Source: an uncultured Verrucomicrobiae bacterium (GTDB lineage: Bacteria > Verrucomicrobiota > Verrucomicrobiia > Opitutales > JABDGR01). From it: 64,000 bases of DNA. The DNA lies in contig CAVXVB010000009.1 in NCBI GenBank assembly GCA_963765205.1, positions 1,435,936-1,499,935 on the forward strand, written 5' to 3'. Below, piece after piece: positions 20,273 to 29,482 of this stretch. Every line of letters begins with the position of its first letter. Positions within the stretch are counted from its first letter, which is position 1. A program made the position numbers and the translations under genes. Below the pieces are notes generated by a model. That model ran no database searches, was not told the origin of the DNA, and worked only from the letters and a program-made list of their open reading frames with translations.

Positions 20273-21103
20273 TCAGATAGGCGGAGGCACCGCCTTTAAT
20301 GCGACGCTGCCGGTTTTATAGAGTTCTCCAAAAATTGGACTGTATTCTTGCGTTTTGAGGAGCTTAATTCCCTTTGCAGATGTTACGTCCTCGATTTTCT
20401 TTTTCACCACATCAGCGACTACGCTTTGATACATAATTCGCGTGTCTTGGCGATAATAGGTGTCTTTCCGAAAATATTTTCCATACAAGGCACCGATCAC
20501 CGGTGAGTTGAGCAACGTGGCGTCCAAATCGCGTAGGCCAACACCAACCGCATTGCGTAAGAGCACCACCGCAACGACGAGCGCCAGCAGAAGTAACACC
20601 GGTCCGGCATAGTATCCGAACCATTGTTGACTGAATCTAAAAGCAATTCCGACGCCGAAAAGCACGATAAGATACTGCCAAAATGGCACAAAAGCTGGCG
20701 TTTCTACAAATCGGTAGGAGAAAAAATAGTTGGTTCCGAACGGAGCCGCGCACACGTCAAAGATCAAGCGTTCGCGCTTCATCCGCAGATATTCCCGCTT
20801 GTCAGACAAAAGCCCACCTTCCGACAGATCAACGCGGGTGATTTCAAGTCCAGGGACTTGCTGTGCTTTAAGAATATTTTCAACTTCCGCGTAGAAATCT
20901 TTGGAGGAAAGCTGGCAGTCAGGAATAAGCGTGCACCAGTGATCAATGACTTCCGGCCCAATGAGTTTTGCCGCCCTCTCCCAGCCGCTTTCAACGCTCT
21001 GCGTAAGAAATCCGGGAAGGATGTTTTGGAGAAAGCCCATGGGGTTAAGGGTGTTATGTAATTTCTTGGCAATCAAGGGTCTTTTCCCCTTCTCTGTCAA
21101 CAC
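20273..21103 (-). CDS. Hypothetical membrane protein (start probably 21040)
   Basis: Long ORF with two TM segments, co-oriented with its neighbours. Confidence 0.65.
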   Translation of the reverse strand: MLTEKGKRPLIAKKLHNTLNPMGFLQNILPGFLTQSVESGWERAAKLIGPEVIDHWCTLIPDCQLSSKDFYAEVENILKAQQVPGLEITRVDLSEGGLLSDKREYLRMKRERLIFDVCAAPFGTNYFFSYRFVETPAFVPFWQYLIVLFGVGIAFRFSQQWFGYYAGPVLLLLALVVAVVLLRNAVGVGLRDLDATLLNSPVIGALYGKYFRKDTYYRQDTRIMYQSVVADVVKKKIEDVTSAKGIKLLKTQEYSPIFGELYKTGSVALKAVPPPI

Positions 21104-21131
21104 TGATTGATACGGCCATTAAAAGCGTTCC

Positions 21132-21286
21132 TGTGGACAACCCTTAACGTTGTCCACACTTTCCCCTATCCATCGCCTATAAGGCGGACATTAAGATTTT
21201 GTTATATTAGATTAAGATTAAGATGCGATGGCCTACCTATACCCTATCCGTAGGGTATGGATTCTCCATCCATCAGTTTATCCACA
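21132..21286. promoter_or_regulatory. Origin-like region: DnaA-box-like 9-mers, AT-rich tract and palindrome
   Basis: TGTGGACAA 21132-40, TTGTCCACA 21150-58, TTATCCACA 21278-86, ttaagat repeats, ATACCCTA-tccg-TAGGGTAT. Confidence 0.45.
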
Positions 21287-21355
21287 CCCCCTCCCTTTGA
21301 CACGATTTGCGGAAAGTGTATATTTAATTCACTCATGGCTTCGGCCTCCGAGATT

Positions 21356-21382
21356 CCCCTCCGCAAGGAGGGGTTTCGTTTT
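21356..21382 (+). terminator. Intrinsic terminator-like hairpin on the + strand
   Basis: CCCCTCC-GCAA-GGAGGGG followed by TTTCGTTTT. Confidence 0.65.
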
Positions 21383-21764
21383 ATAGGAGTCGAATCAATT
21401 GATTTCGCAATCTTGCAAAATCGTCCTCAGACATAACGCCCACTTTTCTTCCGAGACGTTTTGGAGAAAGAATTCTCATTTGTGAAAGGATGGCTTCGTT
21501 ATCCTTGTCGGCATGTTTGAAGCGGAAGTAGGATTTGCCAGTGTGACTCTTTGACGTAATCGGAATTCCCCAAAACATATTTTCGTTGAAGGCTTTGAAT
21601 ATCAGCACTGGCCGAGCAAAGTTTTCATTTTTACCGTCCTCTTCCGAGCCTACATTTGCTCCGATTGAACAAATCCAAATCTCGCGCGGATGCCAAAATA
21701 CCTTCTGCTTATTATCGTTGAGTTTGATCTTGAGAGCGTTCCAATTCGGAAAATCTTTTTGCAT
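21381..21764 (-). CDS. PemK/MazF family toxin
   Basis: REIWICSIGANVGSEEDGK...RPVLI...GIPITSK...LSQMRILS.KRL. Confidence 0.85.
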   Translation of the reverse strand: MQKDFPNWNALKIKLNDNKQKVFWHPREIWICSIGANVGSEEDGKNENFARPVLIFKAFNENMFWGIPITSKSHTGKSYFRFKHADKDNEAILSQMRILSPKRLGRKVGVMSEDDFARLRNQLIRLL

Positions 21765-21776
21765 CGGATTATTTTA

Positions 21777-22269
21777 TCACCGTCCTTTAATCGAATCCAA
21801 TGTCGGCAGTATTTCACGGATACTCCGCAGCCCATTTGACCGGGGCGAATCCTGCATTCGTTTTTCCCCCGATGCTGACATCCCTGTGCCCATGTCATAA
21901 AGCAACTCAGGTTCTACGGAAAGTTTTGCCACTATCGCGCGCGGAGCTTTTTTGAGTTCCGAGGCAATCCCTTGTCTTACTTTTGGATTTTGAATAGCCT
22001 GGTATTTGATGAAGTTGACGACGGCAACCCATCCGTCAGCGTAGATAACCTTTCCGTCTGCTATAAACTTGTCTATTATTTCTTGAATTTCCCCTTCTGG
22101 TATCCCAACGTCAAAAGCTACCCGCCGTAGGGGTAGCTCGTAGACGCCGGAAATATTCGTGAGAGGGTTCGTTAAGAAATACAGGAAGACAAGCTTTGTT
22201 GTTGGAGAGAGTCGTACTGATGTACGAGTCATCCCAAAATTTCGTATTTACGATTCTTTGCTTTGCCAC
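21777..22269 (-). pseudogene. Frameshifted phage-type replication-initiator-like (HTH) gene
   Basis: VAKQRIVNTKFWDDSYI continues as RLSPTTKLVFLYFLTNPLTNISGVYE in another frame; one extra base near 22216. Confidence 0.6.
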
Positions 22270-22559
22270 TGTTTTTCGATTAACTAATAATCTGTGCGCG
22301 GTCGGTAAACGCCCAGCGAAGCCAGGCCGACCCGCCGGGGTCACGGCGCACTTGTTAGAACGGAATAATCTTTTCTCTCGATTGAGAGTCAATGATTATT
22401 CCGTCACCTTCTGATATAATGCCTTCGCGAAGAAGGAGTTTTTGCACCCTTCGCAATGCCCGAAGTTGTTTTCGCAACATCAGGCAACGGTTTTCTCTTT
22501 TTATAGGCACATACCGAAATCTCACTCGTTCCGACATAGATCATTTGATTTTAACGAAT

Positions 22560-22592
22560 AAAAAAACGACCAGATTTCTCTGGTTCGTTTTT
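22560..22592. terminator. Bidirectional terminator-like hairpin
   Basis: aaaaaacgaccaga-tttc-tctggttcgtttttt. Confidence 0.55.
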
Positions 22593-22689
22593 TGACTTCG
22601 TGAAAGCCATATTGTGCGACACCAGAGATAGACCAATAATAAAGGAACCGAGATTGTTGTGCAACCCTCTCCCCTGTGGAAAACTCCGC

Positions 22690-23652
22690 TTACGCAGCCG
22701 TCGCAAGTATCTGCCTGAATGGACTTTCACATCCAGAAAAACTTCGCCGGAAAGCTTCCTCGTATTCTGTGCGGCTCAATTTTGTGTAGTGCGCAATTGT
22801 GTGCGGCGTGGTATGTCCCACCAAGACCGCAATGATCGCATCCGGGACACCTAGTTTTGCAACCCGGTGAATGAATGCGTGCCTGAATGAGTGCGGAGTG
22901 ACGTTGTTAGCAATTTTTGCCGATTGAGCTACATAGGCAACAATCCTTTGCATTGATCGGTTTGTAAGCCGCAGTGAAGAATTTCTTGATGCACCGAGGA
23001 AAAGTGCATCGCTATCAATTTTATTTTTGATCCGCCCATGCAGATAATTTTGAAGGTCTTGCTCAGTGTCAGGATTCCAGAACACACGGCGGGAATGAAT
23101 CGTTTTTTCGGTTCGTATGGTTGCGGACATATCATCGTGAATGTCGTCGAGGTCGAGGGAGCAAAGCTCGCCCACTCGCAACCCTGTATCGTGGAGCATT
23201 CTGATAATGAGGCGATCTCGTAAAGCGTCAGGATGCTTTAGCTTTAGCGTTTGAATCATCGCAGCATATTCATCCTCTCGGATCGAATAGTGAGAATTTG
23301 AGTATGCACTTGGCACACGGACGAGGTGGAGTGGCAGGGTTATTCTCCCCTGCTCTTTGAAGTAACGGAGATAATTGCGAATGATCGTCATCGCATACCA
23401 GATGGTTTTTTCCGAGTGAAGGCCAGAAATGGAGTGCAAAAAATTCGTGACATCCGTAAGCGCAATATGCTCAGGCGGTTTGTTTACAAATTCTTGGAAT
23501 CGCTTGATCCATATCCTGTATGCTTTGCTCGCAGATTTTGTGTAGCTTGCTTTCCATGTGAGATATTCTTCTGCCAAGGTCATATTCTGATTATTTTGGA
23601 CAAAAGAATAGCTGCCTAAGAACTCACGGGCCGGTGACGTGATAGTGTTCAT
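22690..23652 (-). CDS. Tyrosine recombinase (XerC/D-like; start uncertain)
   Basis: TGLRVGEL, TPHSFRH, LVGH, AHYTK catalytic set. Confidence 0.9.
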   Translation of the reverse strand: MNTITSPAREFLGSYSFVQNNQNMTLAEEYLTWKASYTKSASKAYRIWIKRFQEFVNKPPEHIALTDVTNFLHSISGLHSEKTIWYAMTIIRNYLRYFKEQGRITLPLHLVRVPSAYSNSHYSIREDEYAAMIQTLKLKHPDALRDRLIIRMLHDTGLRVGELCSLDLDDIHDDMSATIRTEKTIHSRRVFWNPDTEQDLQNYLHGRIKNKIDSDALFLGASRNSSLRLTNRSMQRIVAYVAQSAKIANNVTPHSFRHAFIHRVAKLGVPDAIIAVLVGHTTPHTIAHYTKLSRTEYEEAFRRSFSGCESPFRQILATAA

Positions 23653-24199
23653 TTTTTTGGTTTGATTATACGAGTAAAGAAAGTCGCCATTTTTAGAAGA
23701 ACTGATGTCGCAACAAAAATTCCATGCCAAGAGGGCATCCATGTTGCGGTTGTATGGCGACTGAAAATCTGACAATGAGCATCGAGTAAAACGAAGCTGC
23801 ATTGTATCAGACCCATTGGCACTCATCAGAAAAGTTTTGGTTTACCGGCCTCGCTTTCCTTTTTTTGCCAAATCGAAACCACCCACCTGCTACGGCTTTC
23901 CGGCCTCGCAAAGTGGGTGGTCACATAAAGTTTACCACACACGTTCATTGCAGCCGGAAAGCTCTTGTGGAAAATCCCCAAGACGCTCCTAATGGAGCGC
24001 ATCGCAATGTGTGTTTCGATACTGTCTATGCTACTCCACACCCCCGCACCTTGTCAAAGTTCGCCAAGGTGCGATAATGGAAGCACGGTTTTCTCTAGCT
24101 GCGATTTGCAGCCCTACAAAAGGGTATACAAAACTGCTATGTATACCCTCTGCCCTATCGGGCACCCGAAATACGTTATCACGTATGGGTTTACTGGCT

Positions 24200-24338
24200 C
24201 CCCACGTTGGTCGGTCTGCGCCCGACTTAGCGCGTGTTCCTATGGCTATCGGGGTCGGTCCGGTTTAACCAACCGGCTGCGACCCAACCCGCGCTAAGTC
24301 GGCCGCAACCGGCTACCGCCTGACCGACCAACGTGGGG
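24200..24338. other. Long nested hairpin (candidate oriT, sso or structured RNA)
   Basis: 17-bp, 13-bp and two 6-bp nested perfect inverted repeats. Confidence 0.6.
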
Positions 24339-24542
24339 GCACGACGGGTTTTACTACGGGCGCTAAGACGGGTTCCGCTTACGCGGGTTAGCACCTCCCT
24401 ATCACTTACGCGCCTTTGACGACGGGTTTTCAGGGCCAGTCCCCGATTACCTTCCCGGCTCGATCACCATGCGCATGTCGGAGACACGGCGCGACGACAC
24501 GCAGCGCCGTGAAGGAGTGGAGGCTGGCCCTGGCAACTTTAT

Positions 24543-25829
24543 ATGGACAACGACACAATTATCATTGGCACACGAACATACTACGGTGGCGACGAGCGGC
24601 AGTTTGGCATGAAGCCCGCTGACGCCCGACACCACCTTTACGTCATCGGCAAAACAGGTTCAGGGAAAACGACCCTGCTTCGCAACCTGCTTATTCAGCA
24701 TGCCGGCGCGGGGCGCGGCTTTGCCCTGATTGACCCGCACGGCGACCTTGCCGAGGAAATCTTGCAGCACATCCCCATGCACCGGGCCGATGATCTCGTG
24801 TATTTCAATCCTGCCGACCTTGAATACCCCATTGGGATCAATCTCATCGGTCAGGTGCCACCCGACGACCGGCACTTGGTTGCCTCGGGCATCGTCTCCG
24901 CATTCAAAAGTATATGGGATTCCTGGGGGCCAAGGATGGAATACATCCTCTACAATGCCGTCGCAGCGTTGCTCGACTGCGAAAACACGACGCTGCTTGG
25001 ACTTCCCCGCCTGCTTACCGACCCCGCCTACCGCGAATGGGTTGTCCGGCAGGTCAAAGACCCGGTGATCCGTGCATTTTGGGTAACAGAGTTTGCGGGT
25101 TACGATGACAGATTCATGCGCGAGGCCATCGCACCCATCCAGAACAAAATCGGCCAATTCCTCGCCAGCCCACCAGTACGGAACATCCTCGGCCAAGTCA
25201 AAAGCAAGGTCGATTTCCGCTTTATGATGGATACCGGACGCATCTTCATCGCCAACTTGAGCAAAGGGAGACTTGGCGAAGACAAGGCCAACCTTTTGGG
25301 GTCGCTTGTGGTAACGCAGTTCCAGCTTGCCGCCATGAGCCGCGCGACCAAGGCCGAAGAGTCGCGCCGGGATTTTTTCCTTCTCATTGACGAGTTCCAG
25401 AATTTCACAACCGATGCCTTCGCCTCAGTTCTCTCGGAGGCTCGCAAATATCATCTCTGCCTTACCCTCTCCCACCAATACATTGACCAGTTGACGCCAA
25501 AAGTGCGCAGTGCCGTCCTGGGTAATGTCGGCGGCGTGATCTCGTTCCGAATCGGCAGCACAGACGCGGAAATTCTTACGCGGGAGTTTGGAGGCGATTA
25601 CGCCGCCAGCCAATTTGTCGAGCTTGAGCGATTTGAGGTCTTGGCCCGCATTCTTAATGATGGCGAAAGCGTCGGGCCCTTCCGGGCACGGACGCTTCCG
25701 CCGATTTCAAATGCTCACACCAAGCGCGACGCGCTTATCGCCCATTCACGCGAAAAATACGGCAGTCGGAGGAGCATCGTTGAAGGGAAAATAGCCCGTT
25801 GGTTTAGCTCGCAAAAATACGATGCGTGA
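24543..25829 (+). CDS. Second VirD4/TraD-like ATPase (no TM anchor)
   Basis: GKTGSGKTT, DPHGDLAE, LIDEFQNF, EARKY. Confidence 0.85.
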   Translation: MDNDTIIIGTRTYYGGDERQFGMKPADARHHLYVIGKTGSGKTTLLRNLLIQHAGAGRGFALIDPHGDLAEEILQHIPMHRADDLVYFNPADLEYPIGINLIGQVPPDDRHLVASGIVSAFKSIWDSWGPRMEYILYNAVAALLDCENTTLLGLPRLLTDPAYREWVVRQVKDPVIRAFWVTEFAGYDDRFMREAIAPIQNKIGQFLASPPVRNILGQVKSKVDFRFMMDTGRIFIANLSKGRLGEDKANLLGSLVVTQFQLAAMSRATKAEESRRDFFLLIDEFQNFTTDAFASVLSEARKYHLCLTLSHQYIDQLTPKVRSAVLGNVGGVISFRIGSTDAEILTREFGGDYAASQFVELERFEVLARILNDGESVGPFRARTLPPISNAHTKRDALIAHSREKYGSRRSIVEGKIARWFSSQKYDA

Positions 25830-26700
25830 GCCCCACCCCCGAAAACCTCGATTCAAACGCGCGCCCGATGCCCCGAATTTCCGCCCGACGCCACGGGATG
25901 TTGAAATTATCCGGCATGTCACCCGCTACCGTTTTCTCCGGTCAACGCATCTTGCGGCCCTGACTGGTGCAAGTCAGCAAGTTATTTCTCGACGCCTGAA
26001 CTTGCTTTTTCACCACGGCTATCTTGCTCGGCCATCCGAACAACTCTCCCTAAACCGCTTACATGGCAATCAGCCCATGGTCTACAGCCCCAAAGGGCTA
26101 TCCGCTGGCAGTCGTTTCATTGAACACGCCTTGGCGGTCTCGGATTTCATGATCGCACTTGAAAGTGCGTGCGCAATGCATCCAGGCACCCGCTTCATTG
26201 ATCAGGATGAAATTATTTCTCTTGCGCCGCACTCGACTAAAGCAAACCGCCATCCTCTTTACTGGTCCGTTACACTTTATGCCCACGGTAAAAAGCACCG
26301 CCTTGGAGTCATTCCCGACAGACTCTTTGGAATTGAAATCAAAGGAGAAAACAGTCCTTCAAGAATTGGCTACTTCTTTTTGGAGGCTGACCGCGGTACG
26401 ATGCCCATCACTCGCCAATCGTTCAATCAAACTTCAATTTCAAAAAAGCTTATCGCCTACACGGAAACATGGAGGCAAAAAGACCACCAAAGACAATTGG
26501 GCATTCCACGCTTCCGAGTTGTGATCGTAACAACCGACGCAGCACGGGCAGGAAGTATTATGGAAGCGTGCCGCATGGCATCCGGTGGCAGCCTTTTCCT
26601 TGTAATGGACAAGTCAAAGCTTACGGTACGGACTTCCCCACTCGACGTATTGTTTCAAACTACATCGGGGACGCCCGTGCGACTCATGGATGGAATCTGA
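25822..26700 (+). CDS. Replication-relaxation (Replic_Relax) family protein
   Basis: TPRDVEII..V.RYRFL, EHALAVSD, IPDRLF, FLEADRGTM; overlaps the ATPase stop. Confidence 0.85.
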   Translation: MREPHPRKPRFKRAPDAPNFRPTPRDVEIIRHVTRYRFLRSTHLAALTGASQQVISRRLNLLFHHGYLARPSEQLSLNRLHGNQPMVYSPKGLSAGSRFIEHALAVSDFMIALESACAMHPGTRFIDQDEIISLAPHSTKANRHPLYWSVTLYAHGKKHRLGVIPDRLFGIEIKGENSPSRIGYFFLEADRGTMPITRQSFNQTSISKKLIAYTETWRQKDHQRQLGIPRFRVVIVTTDAARAGSIMEACRMASGGSLFLVMDKSKLTVRTSPLDVLFQTTSGTPVRLMDGI

Positions 26701-26709
26701 AACTGATTC

Positions 26710-26871
26710 CCCACCCGCCGACCGGTGAACGTGCGGGCGACGTTCCGCGTTCGCTCCACTTCCCGTCCGTTAATTCTCCGGACGGCCCCTTCCTTATTTT
26801 GAAAAAAGAACCAAAAGCCCGAACAGTCGCAGACCCATGCGAAAGCGTCACGCCTTGTCCGGTGACTTTGG
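26710..26871 (+). repeat. Diverged ~165-bp direct repeat, copy 1
   Basis: Shares ordered blocks CGCTCCACTT, CCGGAC, AAAAAAGAACCAAAA, CAGAC, CCGG.GACT with 29187-29360. Confidence 0.7.
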
Positions 26872-26924
26872 CCACAAGTCGCTTAAAGATTTAGTGTTGC
26901 ATCCATCTCGAGAAGCTCTAAATT

Positions 26925-27512
26925 TTGGCTTTTTCTGCCATGAGTAAACCAACGAGCCATGCCATGGGTCAACAAGTGCATCTCTTGACTCGGATTCGCA
27001 ACAGTAAATTCAGAGCTTGGTTTTTCTGGCAAGTCACCCTACCCGCACTAGCGATTTTCTTTTGCTGGCCATTTGCCTATGGGCTGCATGTCCAGTATTC
27101 ATTTCAGAGAAGCTTCATCGGCGGGGACTTATTCTTGCTCGGCGTCCTTCTTTGTATTGGTATCCTGATTGAAATTCGCGAGGAGGAAAAATACAGGGCA
27201 ACGTTTGTTGATGTTGATCCCAAAGATACGCTTGATAAGCTTTTCCATCTAAATCTTTTATTCGCACTTTTGTATATTCTCGCATACCTGGGAGCTAGAA
27301 AGATTGATATGCAATTTGATTTTCCGGTGACATTTACCCCCGATCCAAGCCATCCCTTTGTTATGCCTTCAGCTGTAAATGGCATGGCTTTTTGTTCACT
27401 TTTTGGAGGCGTTTGCGCGATTGCATGGAGTTATTTTGTTTATAGAAAGGCCTCCAATATATTTCTTAAAGCGCAAGTTCATGAACTTAAAGCCGCAAAT
27501 GGTAAATCATAA
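26925..27512 (+). CDS. Hypothetical 4-TM membrane protein
   Basis: Four hydrophobic segments; AT-rich. Confidence 0.7.
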   Translation: MAFSAMSKPTSHAMGQQVHLLTRIRNSKFRAWFFWQVTLPALAIFFCWPFAYGLHVQYSFQRSFIGGDLFLLGVLLCIGILIEIREEEKYRATFVDVDPKDTLDKLFHLNLLFALLYILAYLGARKIDMQFDFPVTFTPDPSHPFVMPSAVNGMAFCSLFGGVCAIAWSYFVYRKASNIFLKAQVHELKAANGKS

Positions 27513-27523
27513 AATCAGCAACC

Positions 27524-28288
27524 ATGGACTTCGATTCTATATTTACTATGGTGATTGCTGCAATTTTTGCTATTAGCATAATTTGCATTTGTGTGGCAAT
27601 TGTTAAGGAACGAAAAGTTCGCATTGCTTACGAAGCCGAACTCAAGAAATTATTGGCAACACCTTCGGAGGACTGCAATGAATTTGACGCCGACAACGCA
27701 CCTAGTTCTTCCACTCCACTTGTTCTAAATCATGAAAATTGGGCCAACTTTGAGCTATCTTTGAAAAACTTGGTTGAAGTGATAATTTTGTCTAGTGTCG
27801 TTGAGATACCAAGAAATGGGTTGCTTAAGGCTGTTATGGGCAATTTTACCAGGGGAGTTCAATACCGGTTCATCGTTTCTGGCGACAGAGTTGAAACCGA
27901 AGTTAATGGCTACTATAAAATATTTGAAGTGATCGCAACAACCATTGCGGCCAAAAATAATTTGAAAATCCCTATTAAGAACCTAATTAGCATTTCGCGT
28001 TTACCTGACAATTGGAATAATGTACCCTGTGTATTTTATCGCTTTCGGGAGAGCGAAAACCCAAATTCCAGGATTCGCACAATTGCCTTTCGCGGTGACA
28101 GAGCAGGAGTTGGAATTGCAGATAGTTACATTGCAATTGAACATGAGCTTGCAGAGGCTCTTTTCACGCTTCTAATTGGACAACCTCCTGAAAAAATTGG
28201 ACATTTGATTCAGGGCCGAAGTGCAGATACCTTTCCCAACCCGGTCGCTGTGGTTTCGCAGACACAAACCGCGACAATGTTAAATTGA
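27524..28288 (+). CDS. Hypothetical protein with N-terminal TM anchor
   Basis: 254-aa ORF between co-oriented genes. Confidence 0.7.
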   Translation: MDFDSIFTMVIAAIFAISIICICVAIVKERKVRIAYEAELKKLLATPSEDCNEFDADNAPSSSTPLVLNHENWANFELSLKNLVEVIILSSVVEIPRNGLLKAVMGNFTRGVQYRFIVSGDRVETEVNGYYKIFEVIATTIAAKNNLKIPIKNLISISRLPDNWNNVPCVFYRFRESENPNSRIRTIAFRGDRAGVGIADSYIAIEHELAEALFTLLIGQPPEKIGHLIQGRSADTFPNPVAVVSQTQTATMLN

Positions 28289-28329
28289 TGTGTGTTGCAC
28301 ACCTTATTGAACCATGATTTAATACCTAT

Positions 28330-29001
28330 ATGAAACAATATCGCTTTCTCAGTATTATTACAATATTATACATCACTTTTCAGCTAGTTTCTGACGTAAC
28401 GGCTGGAAAACTGATTAGCTTCTTTGGCTTTCCGGTTTCGGTAACGGTCTTGTATTTTCCCGTTACATATATTATCGGCGATATTCTCACGGAGGTTTAT
28501 GGCTACTCCCGGGCGAGGAAAGTCGTATGGGAGGTGCTACTTGCGTCTGTGCTCGCAGGTTTAGTTTATCAGCTTGTTGTTTACTTACCCGCAGCCAATG
28601 GGTTCAATGCGAACGATGCATATGTAACAGTGTTTGGTTCCGTGCCGAGAATTTTGCTTGGCGGTTGGATCGCAGTCTGGGTTGGCGGGATTCTAAATGA
28701 TTATGTTTTGGCCAAAATGAAAGTATGGACAAATGGGAAATATCTTTGGACACGGACCATTGGTTCTACAATTGTAAGTGAATTTGCAAATACAGCCCTT
28801 TTCTACACAATCGCGCTGTCTGGCATTTTGCCAAGCAACATCTTGGTTCAGGCAATACTTACAGGGTGGATGATCAAGGTTGCTGTTGAAGTTATTTTTA
28901 CTCCGTGGACTTATTGGGTTGTCGCCAAACTTAAACGCCTTGAAAACGAAGACTACTACGACCGTACAACTAATTTTAATCCGTTTATATTTAAATCCTG
29001 A
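28330..29001 (+). CDS. VUT/YhhQ family queuosine-precursor transporter
   Basis: FPVTYIIGDILTEVYGY..ARKVVW, LWTRTIGSTIV, TNFNPF. Confidence 0.9.
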   Translation: MKQYRFLSIITILYITFQLVSDVTAGKLISFFGFPVSVTVLYFPVTYIIGDILTEVYGYSRARKVVWEVLLASVLAGLVYQLVVYLPAANGFNANDAYVTVFGSVPRILLGGWIAVWVGGILNDYVLAKMKVWTNGKYLWTRTIGSTIVSEFANTALFYTIALSGILPSNILVQAILTGWMIKVAVEVIFTPWTYWVVAKLKRLENEDYYDRTTNFNPFIFKS

Positions 29002-29186
29002 AATCTCACGCTGATTTTGGCAGCATTCTTACACCATCGGGCCAATAAACTGCTGACTTCTGCTCAGTGAGTCCTTTCGGTGTCGTTACGTTTATGGCTT
29101 TGATTTCTCCTGTGTGTACTTTTGCTATCCCACTATTTTGTGTCTGAAGTTTTGTGCTATTAGATAACGTCCGTCTAAACTTAGTG

Positions 29187-29360
29187 CCCACCCCGCATAC
29201 CGGCGAGACTACCGGGCAGTCGTTCGCGAAGCGCTCCACTTGCTGCCCGTTCGTTCGCCGGACTGCGTCCACCCTTCTTTTTTGAGAAAAAAAGAACCAA
29301 AAAAATGCGGGTCGTCACAGACTCCGGTGCAAACTGCTGTTTGACCGGAGACTGCTTTGG
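29187..29360 (+). repeat. Diverged ~165-bp direct repeat, copy 2
   Basis: See copy 1; offset about 2480 bp. Confidence 0.7.
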
Positions 29361-29482
29361 ACCCGACAACGGGTTAGGAGAAAACTGGCTGACTTTGGCT
29401 AACTGATGGGGCGTGCTACGATGTTGTCCGAACATGGTCCACAACGGGCCATGCGTTCTTTCCCAACCACCAAGGAGTTCCC

